A DNA stretch of 64,000 nucleotides from Felis catus. Its lineage: Eukaryota. The translations under genes were made by a program, and so were the position numbers. Position 1 is the first letter of the stretch, and each line of letters begins with the position of its first letter. The notes beneath the pieces are model-generated. The model worked only from the letters and a program-made list of their open reading frames with translations. It had not been told where the DNA came from and did no database searches. Shown here one piece after another: positions 25,841-34,648 of the stretch. The DNA lies in assembly GCF_018350175.1 (NCBI RefSeq), contig NC_058368.1:183770001-183834000 (forward strand), in the 5' to 3' direction.

Positions 25841-28100
25841 TTTTAGCTAACAGACCATCAAAAAGGAGCCCCTTCCTTAGAATTAAGCAAGCTAGAGAAA
25901 GACTTTTAATTTCATATACATTTCAATACTGTATCACTAATAGTTACACAGAATTCCGTTCTTGAATTTTGTAGCCATTTCTGTACTGGCATTCCCAATA
26001 AAAAACCTTAGGTGAGTGTCCCTGTAAAATTGAGTTCCTCTTACTCTTTGATACCATCTGTGATCATATCAGCAGGTGTTAATTGTTCTTTTGTTAATAT
26101 CCAAACTAATCCTATTAAGGCTAACAGTGGGAATGTGGCCTACCACAATTTAGTACCTAGGTCCAAAACATAAAAGGAGATCTGGTATCCATTTATGCCT
26201 CCAAATAATACACTTTTTAACTGCAATGAAGTGGTCAATTCCCCAAAGACATTCTAAGTGTCTGCCTGAAGTATTAAATGAGTTAGTTACCCTATCAAAA
26301 CGATTATAATGGACAAATTAATTGAAAAGAAAATGCATTGTATAATATTATGTACAATTTACTGGCTTAAATAAAACTCAACTTGTAAGATAAGAAAGCC
26401 TTCTCTTCTGTGTACAAAGATGGAATTTCTGCTGGTTAAACATGGTATACACTAACGGGAGGGGGGCGGGGAACAACAGTTGATTGTATCCATTCAATGA
26501 CCTGTCTAAGCATTTGTAAGCAACAGACATTTAATGTTCCCCTTTATGTTTTGGAGGCCAAAAGAAAATCCAGAGAGTACACTTCTGTAGGACTTTAAAA
26601 GAGAACATATACTTCACTTCCTTTTGCTAGATGGATTCAAGCTTGGAATAAAGACGGTTTGGAAACCAAAATAAGGAATTTGGCAATTTAGCTTGAATTA
26701 TAAAGTGATCCTTTTTAGAGCTTTTATGTAATTGAAAGTAACATATATCTATATATACCTATGGGCATTTGTGTGTAAAAGAGTATATGGCAGCAAATTA
26801 TAATATACATTACCTACATTCATCTTTATATTTATGCTAAAATTAGGTTCATTAAATAAATGAGGATTACATTTATTAGAAATGCCCTGCTACCAAATTA
26901 AACTACCATTGGAGCCTAGCAAATTGACCAGAGAGCTAATCATTTGTTTTGCTGATCTCTCTTTTGATGTGCTAAGAGCCCCTAATAAGGATAGTTAAAG
27001 CATTAAGCTGAGAACTCAAGTGTGAAAACTAACATTATCTCCTAATTTGATGATACACATTAATTGTGGCTTATATTTCACAGTTAATGATTGAGAGAAA
27101 TTCCCACATCTGTGTAGCTTTTTGGTTGCCCACACAGTAGTCCCCCAAATTATGCCCCAATGAAAGTAGAGTAGAAAAGTCACTGAACAATTTACCAATG
27201 CTGGCAGGATAGACTTTAAAAAAAATATTCTATTCATATTAAAAAGCCTGCAACAGATTGCATATGGATCTGTTTGGGTTGTATTCTAGGAAAGAAGGCC
27301 ACAGGCTCACAAATAAGTAAAAACACCTTATTACCTAGGGAGTAGGGAAGGTTTGAATTGTCTAAGTGTAAGTGCAAGCAAACATTTTTTTTCCCACTCT
27401 CCCAAATGTATTCACAAGACAAAGGTAAGTAAAGTAATTACATTCATTGCATGATTTATTTGTATCTTAGGATTAAGTTCAGAATTTTGTCCTGATGCAC
27501 TTCCAACACTTGGAATACTCATATGCGTGTGCACGCGTGCACACACACACACACATACACACACACATACACATTTCTCCATGTGTATGTACCCACATAA
27601 ACCCCATCCTACTTTCATGCTCATATATTCTCTCTTGCTATTCAATCCATTCTGTCCTTGAGCTAGGGTAGCAATGGATACATGCATTTGTGCTTTTTTA
27701 GACACTTAGTTTGCATACAAGTCAACATACTAATTAACTTCCTTCTGCAACTGACATGCTTCTAGATATATAAAATGAGTATTTTTGTCCATTTCCTGTC
27801 TTTTTGGAGGATTTAAGATGAATCAGAGTTCACTTAATTTATTTTATTCTATCTTCTGTTAGTGAATATATAAATGTATCCTATAATTTCTAGAAGTACT
27901 TTAAATCTTTATAACATTCTTCATAACATTAGACTATTTCTTATATTTTCATTTTTAAAATAATTTTCATGAAGACCTTATACTAAACCTGAATTACTCT
28001 CAAAAGCAAATGGCCAGTGTTGTTTAGATATAATTGTTGAAATTCCATAATTTTGATTTTCTGCAACATAATTCAAAATATCAGTATCATTGTACTCATT

Positions 28101-28767
28101 TTTTTTAAATGAAATTTATTGTCAAATCGGTTTCCATACAACACCCAGTGCTCATCCCAACATGTGTCCTCCTCAATGCCCATCACCCACCCTCCACTCC
28201 CTCCCACTCCCCAATAACCCTCAGTTTATTCTCAGTTTTTAAGAATCTCTTATGTTTTGGCTCCCTCCCTTTCTAACTTCTTCTTTTTTTTCCTTCCCCT
28301 CCTCCCTGGTCTTCTGTTAAGTTTCTCAGGATCCACATAGGAGTGAAAACATATGGTATCTGTCTTGCTCTGTATGACTTATTTCACTTAGCATGACACT
28401 CTCCAGTTCCATCCATGTTGCTACAAAAGGCCATATTTCATTCTTTCTCATTGCCAAGTAGTATTCCATTGAGTATATAAACCACAATTTCTTTATCCAT
28501 TCATCAGTTGATAGACATTTAGACTCTTTCCATAATTTGGCTATTGTTGAAAGTGCTACTATAAACATTGGGGTACAAGTGCCCCTATGCATCAGCACTT
28601 CTGTATCCTTTGGGTAAATTCCTAGCAGTGCTATTGCTGGGTCATAGGGTAGATGTATTTTTAACTTTTGAGGAACCTCCACACTGTTTTCCAGAGCGGC
28701 TGCACCAGTTTGTATTCCCACCAACAGTGCAAGAGGGTTCTTATTTCTCCACATCCTCTCCAGCATC
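28101..28767 (-). mobile_element. 5'-truncated feline L1 (ORF2 C-terminus and 3'UTR)
   Basis: ORF 28326-28766(-) ends YHMFSLLCGS like the full-length copy; TSD TGTACTCATT at 28091-28100 and 28768-28777. Confidence 0.96.
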
Positions 28768-30139
28768 TGTACTCATTCCTTTTAATACTCATTGTGAATA
28801 CCTACAACGTATTATGTGTCAGACTTTGTCAGACAAAGATGAAGAAAATTGTCCCTATTTTAACACAGCTGTAAGCTCCATTGAATAAAGGGGACTAATT
28901 TGTAAATACTATGTATCAAAATGGAAGTAACACGGATAAGAAGGGACTTGAGAATGTAGAAGACCTACAAGACAGACTCTGCAAATGATTATCTTCTGGG
29001 CACAAAGAAATGATGGAATGATAGAATGTTAGAAAAGTTGCAGCAGGCCTTCAAAGACATGGTCTAACTTAGATCCATTGTCCTTTGCAATTGTTTATGA
29101 AAGATCTAAGAAGGACATTAATCTAGAGCCCCTTACCCATGTTCAGGCAAGCTGACAACATACATGTGAGTATGTGTTTATGTCCATATCATTTGGATTG
29201 CATTTTGGGTTTTTTAGTTGCTGTTATGATGAAAAAAAATGCTTTATGTTAAATGAATATACAATTAGGATAGTTAATACCTATACACACTGCATAACAC
29301 CCTATGTGAAAGCATTTGTTTAAGCATATTTTGAGACAGTAGCAACTCTTTCCCATTTCTATTGGATCTGAAGTAAGCTCCTTTCATAGAACATCCCTAA
29401 AGAAATACAGGGAGCTAGAAAACATGTGACTTCGGTTTTATTGGTTGATGGTCCTATGTAGCTGATGGTAACAATAATTCTGGCTCTGAGAAACAATGAA
29501 GAAAGGAATAGAATATGACTGACTGACTGACTGACTGACTGCATAAAAAGAAGACAATTTTTTGGATTACTTATGTGATGTGACAAATGTACAAGTTCCT
29601 TCCTAAGAGTGAAGGTATTATAGTTATAGAAAGGATGGTAAGAAAGTACTCAGAATCTGAAGTCTACCATACTTTTTCTCTGATTCCTTTAACAAGAATG
29701 GATTACGTATAAAACTTATTTTTTAATGAATCTTTTACTATATATTAAATTATTAAAATCCAATACTCGTAAGATTTTTATGGTACATAACAGGCATTCA
29801 TAAGCACAATGGTGATATTTCTCTAAACGGATGCATTGGGTTGGTCTTCCCCAGCTGCTACCCCACATAATGAATACTAATGTCATACTCGCTATGACAC
29901 TATCAGTACCCTTGAAATTAAGTAACTCTATCTTTAGCCTTATGTCTCCCATGTACTTCAAAGCATCCCTTGACAAAAGGCTCCATTTACAATTTTTTAA
30001 AGTCTAATTTAAATATCTTATTGTGTTGTGCTCTGTGACATAGATAATAGGTGACTACATAGCACAATATTTTATGGAATTGTAAGGATATTGATTCTGC
30101 ATCATTAATTGGGATAACAGGCAAGAGATCTTTTTGTGT

Positions 30140-30198
30140 GTGTGTGTGTCTCACAAAACCAGCATCATAAGGCACATACCCTTGTTTAAACTGTTTTG

Positions 30199-30231
<33 letters not shown>

Positions 30232-30612
30232 TGAATATTTGCTCATGTCATAGAATGTTTTTCTAAATCATGATTTTAAATAGCCACACAGTATTTCAGC
30301 ATATAAATGTAACATAATGTATTCATTCAATTCTCTAAGCGTATAGATTAGCTTTCAGATTTTTTGAATTTTCATTCTTGTAAATAATGAGATAACACAC
30401 ATCCTTAACATGTAAATTTCTTGCACATATCTGATTATTTTATTAAGTTAAAGGGAAGAGCTATATTCAAAAGTATGAACATTTTGATAGAAATGATGAT
30501 TTTTATCAAATTACTCTCCAGTATGGTTTTACAAGTACAAGTACAATGTACAAGTAAGGACACTGTATCTGAGTTGTGTTTTCCATACTTTTGTCAACAA
30601 TAGGTATTAACA
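30140..30612 (-). mobile_element. Ancient L1ME-like fragment
   Basis: TTTTAAATAGCCACACAGTATTTCA, TTCTTGTAAATAATG, TCAAATTACTCTCCA antisense L1 3' motifs. Confidence 0.55.
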
Positions 30613-30861
30613 GTAAACCGGTGTGGCCACTGTAGACAACAGTATGGAAGTTCCTCAAAAAGTTAAAAATAAACCTATCCTATGATCCAGTAATCACACT
30701 CCTAGGTATTTACCCCGAAATACAAAAACACTAATTCATAGGGACACAAGCACCCCTATGTTTATAGCTATATTATTTACAGTAGCCAGATTATAGGCCC
30801 ACCCCAGGGTCCATCAATAGATGAATGGATAAAGATGTGGGGTATGTATGTATGTTTGTGC

Positions 30862-30904
<43 letters not shown>

Positions 30905-31154
30905 TGTGTGTATATGTATATATATATATACATATATATTGTATATATATATATACATATATATTGTATATATATAATAGAATATTACTCAACCATAAAC
31001 AAAAGAATGGAATCTTGCATTTACAATGATATGGATTGAACTAAAGAATATAATGCTAAGCAAATTAGCCAATCAAAGAAAGACAAATACCATGTGATTT
31101 CACTAATATGTGGAATTTAAGAAACAAAAAAAAATGAGCAAAGTGCGATGTATA

Positions 31155-31203
<49 letters not shown>

Positions 31204-31425
31204 GAGGGAGAGAGACCAAGAAACATTCTCTTAACTATAGAGAACTGATGGTTACCAGTAGGGGCAGTGGGTGGGGGGATGGGTGAAATAGGCAATGGAG
31301 ATTAAGGAGTACATTTGTGATGAGCACAGGGTGATATATGGAACTGTTGAATCACTATACTGTATGCCTGAAACTAAAATGACACTATGTTCACTAAACT
31401 GGAAAAACTAAACTAAACTAAAAAT
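30613..31425 (+). mobile_element. 5'-truncated carnivore L1 3' end with embedded (TG)n/(TA)n/(GA)n repeats
   Basis: CAGTATGGAAGTTCCTCAAAAAGTTAAAAATA ... GATGAGCACAGGGTGATATATGGAACTGTTGAATCAC; TSD AATAGGTATTA(a/g)CA at 30599-30612 and 31426-31439. Confidence 0.92.
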
Positions 31426-31460
31426 AATAGGTATTAGCACAATTATCAATACAACAAGCA

Positions 31461-31507
<47 letters not shown>

Positions 31508-31668
31508 ATTTTGCATTTTTTTAACTATGCCTAAAGCTGTTGATAACTTTCTGGATTTTTGTGTGCTTTTTGCACTGGCATCTTTACTTTGTATAGTATA
31601 ATTGTTTTCACAATGTTCCTTTAATTTTGAGTCATTAAATGACAAAATGGAAAAAGGAGACACTTTTA

Positions 31669-31881
31669 ATTTTTTTTTCAATGTTTATTTATTTTTGGGA
31701 CAGAGAGAGACAGAGCATGAACGGCGGAGGGGCAGATAGAGAGGGAGACACAGAATCGGAAACAGGCTCCAGGCTCTGAGCCATCAGCCCAGAGCCCGAC
31801 GCGGGGCTCAAACCCATGGACTGCGAGATCGTGACCTGGCTGAAGTCGGACGCTTAACCGACTGCGCCACCCAGGCGCCCC
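31669..31881 (-). mobile_element. Young feline SINEC_Fc
   Basis: TSD AGGAGACACTTTTA at 31655-31668 and 31882-31895; CpG-rich. Confidence 0.97.
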
Positions 31882-32138
31882 AGGAGACACTTTTATAGAT
31901 CAGGGAGAAATATATATTTTCTTCCAAATTACTATGTGTATATATTTGGACTCATTGCAAGCATTCTGTAAGTCGCTCTTGATTTTTGGCCTTACAATGG
32001 CAACTGCAACACCTTTCTTTATCCAGTGATAATTAGTAACGTAGTTGTAGGTCCACACCTAATACTAGTAAATACCCACTACAGACTAAGCAATAAACAG
32101 AAAGTTCATCTAAATGTAATTAAAACCGCATATTTCTT

Positions 32139-32351
32139 GGGGCGCCTGGGTGGTGCAGTCGGTTAAGCGTCCGACTTCAGCCAGGTCACGATCTCGCGGT
32201 CCGTGAGTTCGAGCCCCGCGTCAGGCTCTGGGCTGATGGCTCAGAGCCTGGAGCCTGTTTCCGATTCTGTGTCTCCCTCTCTCTCTGGCCCTCCCCCGTT
32301 CATGCTCTGTCTCTCTCTGTCCCAAAAATAAATAAACGTTGAAAAAAAAAA
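32139..32351 (+). mobile_element. Young feline SINEC_Fc
   Basis: Near-consensus GGGGCGCCTGGGTGG.GCAGTCGGTTAAGCGTCCGACTTCAGCCAGG; TSD TAAAACC(g/a)CATATTTCTT. Confidence 0.97.
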
Positions 32352-32369
32352 TAAAACCACATATTTCTT

Positions 32370-32583
32370 TTTTAAAATTCTTTTACATTTATTTATTTTT
32401 GAGAGACAGAGACAAAGCACTAGTCAGGGAGGGATAGAGAGAGAGGGAGACACAGAATCCGAAGCAGGCTCCAGGCTCTGAGCTGTTAGCACAGAGCCTG
32501 ACGCAGGGTTCAAAGTCACAAACTGTGAGATCATGACCTGAGCCGAAGTCAGATGCTTAAATAAATGAGCCACCCAGGCGCCC
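32370..32583 (-). mobile_element. Older feline SINEC
   Basis: Reverse head ending 32583; flanked by AAACCACATATTTCT on both sides. Confidence 0.95.
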
Positions 32584-32789
32584 TGAAACCACATATTTCT
32601 AAATATCTTTCAAAAGTATTTTAAGGTATTATTTATAAAGCAAGGTTAAATATAGTATTAAATGACATCATTTAAAATACAAAAAAAGTTTCCATTTTAA
32701 TAAATATTTTCTTTCCTTTGAGATTAGAAATGGCCATTTTAGCTTACTTATTGTGTGTTTCGAGAGAAGCCCATATTTGAAGGAGAAAA

Positions 32790-33295
32790 AATGAATCTAT
32801 GAGACTGTAGATAATATGAGGCATTTAAAATAAAGGTTTGACATCTGAATTTTACCCCAAGCGTGTATGGCAAACCAGTGAATGGTATTACCAGAGGAGT
32901 GACATTAGCTGATGGGATTTTAAAAGATCATACTCTGACTGCTGTGGGGAGAACAGATTCACAAGACTTGAACAAAAGCTGAGAGTTAGTTGAAAAATGT
33001 CCACAAACATTTTTGCCCATTAATGTCCACAGAGAAATCACAATAGCAACAAATAGCAACAGCTTGGACCATGATTGTAGCCCTAGAAAAGGAAAAGGAG
33101 AGAAGCAACTCATTGATGGATTAAATGTAATAGGTAAAGGAGAGAACTTCATGCCAACTCCCACCTTTTTGGCTTAAGCACCTGATATATCGTTTATAAA
33201 GATAGGAACTAGAATGGAACAGTAACTAGGTGCAGACTAAGTGTGTGTTTCTGAGAAGAAACAAAAGCAGCTATTGAGTTATTTTGAGTGCATTC
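32790..33295 (-). mobile_element. L2 fragment
   Basis: TTTTAAAAGATCATACTCTGACTGCTGTGGGGAGAACAGATT is a typical antisense L2 motif. Confidence 0.65.
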
Positions 33296-33436
33296 AGACA
33301 CTATGATTTCAATAATATGGCAAGACTGAAAAAAGAATTTAGAAATGTTACCTTATAGGGAAACAGGATCTTTGCAGACATGGTTTAATTAAGAATTTTG
33401 TGATGGGGAGATTATTCTGGATTATCTATGTGGTTT

Positions 33437-33660
33437 CATTTTTTTTAATTTTTTTTCAACGTTTATTTTATTTTTGGGACAGAGAGAGACAGAGCATGAA
33501 CGGGGGAGGGGCAGAGAGAGAGGGAGACACAGAATCGGAAACAGGCTCCAGGCTCTGAGCCATCAGCCCAGAGCCCGACGCGGGGCTCGACCTCACGGAC
33601 CGCGAGATCGTGACCTGGCTGAAGTCGGACGCTTAACCGACTGCGCCACCCAGGAGCCCC
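33437..33660 (-). mobile_element. Young feline SINEC_Fc
   Basis: TSD ATCTATGTGGTTT at 33424-33436 and 33661-33673. Confidence 0.97.
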
Positions 33661-33790
33661 ATCTATGTGGTTTTAAATGTGATCATATTTATCCCTACAA
33701 GGGGGTAGGGGCAGAGGGAGATTATACAGACACAGGAAGGAGAAGATGATGTCAAAATGGAGCTGACAGAGATTTAAAAATGTTGGCCTT

Positions 33791-34050
33791 AGGGCACCTG
33801 GGTAGATCACTTGGTTGAGCCTCCAACTTTGGCTCAGGTCATGATCACAAGGTTCCTGAGTTCAAGCCCTGTGTCAGGCTCTGTGCTGACAGCTCAGAGC
33901 CTGGAGCCTGCTTCAGATTCTGTGTCTCCCTCTGTCTCTCTGCCTCCCCCCACTCATGCTCTCTCTGTCCCTTTCTCAAAAATAAATAAAACATTAAAAA
34001 ATTTTAAAAACTTAAAAAAATTTTTAAAGTTATAAAAAAAAAAAAAAACA
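33791..34050 (+). mobile_element. Feline SINEC
   Basis: Head, CT tract and long composite A-rich tail within the MLT1 LTR. Confidence 0.95.
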
Positions 34051-34544
34051 ACTGGCTTTGAAGAGGCCTTGGCCTTGAAGAGTACAGTATCGTGGCCACA
34101 TCCAAGTAATGTCAGCAGTCACCAGAAGCTGAAAGAAGCATGCGGTAGCTTCACTCCTAGACCTTCCAGGAGTGTGCTCATGCTGACAACAGGATTTCAG
34201 TCCCATGATAATGATTTCTAACTTCTGGCCTTCCGAACTGTGAGAATATAAATTCCTGTTGCCATAAGTCATTGAATTTGTTGTAATTTGTTATATCAGC
34301 TACAGGAAACTAAAACGGATTTTGACACTCAGAGTGGGGTGCTGCTGTAACAAATTCCTGAAAATATGGAAGTACCTTTGAGATCAAGTAATGGGTAGAG
34401 GCTGGCATAATTTTGAAATAGATGATAGAAAAAAAAAACCCTAGATTGCTTTGAATTGACTATTGGTTGAACTATGGATGTTCAAGGCACTTCCTTCAGT
34501 GAGAAGGAAATGAAACACTTGTCATTGAAAATTGGAGGAAAGGT

Positions 34545-34648
34545 GGGGAGCCCGGCTGGCTCAGTCATTGGGCGTGTGACTCTCGATCTTGGTGTTGTGA
34601 GTTGGGCATAAAGATTACTTAAAAATAAAATATTAAAAAGAAAAAAGA
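34545..34648 (+). mobile_element. Short tRNA-Lys-derived SINE with internal deletion
   Basis: GCCCGGCTGGCTCAGTC...GTGTGACTCTCGATCTT head, AGATTACTTAAAAATAAAAT tail; flanking GAAAATTGGA repeats. Confidence 0.8.

Noticed and set aside
32121..32600. Three regularly spaced direct repeats resembling a CRISPR-like array
   Set aside because: Spacers are approx. 210-bp SINEs and the repeats are TSDs; mammalian DNA with no cas genes
33474..33749. Recurring ORFs such as MGQRETEHERGRGRERGRHRIGNRLQ and GAPGWRSRLSVRLQ (also at 31678, 40787, 40828, 58852)
   Set aside because: Translations of SINEC copies, not a gene family
34545..34648. tRNA-Lys-like sequences (also 3248, 14290, 61377) as tRNA genes
   Set aside because: They have A-rich tails, flanking direct repeats and broken stems, so they are tRNA-derived SINEs
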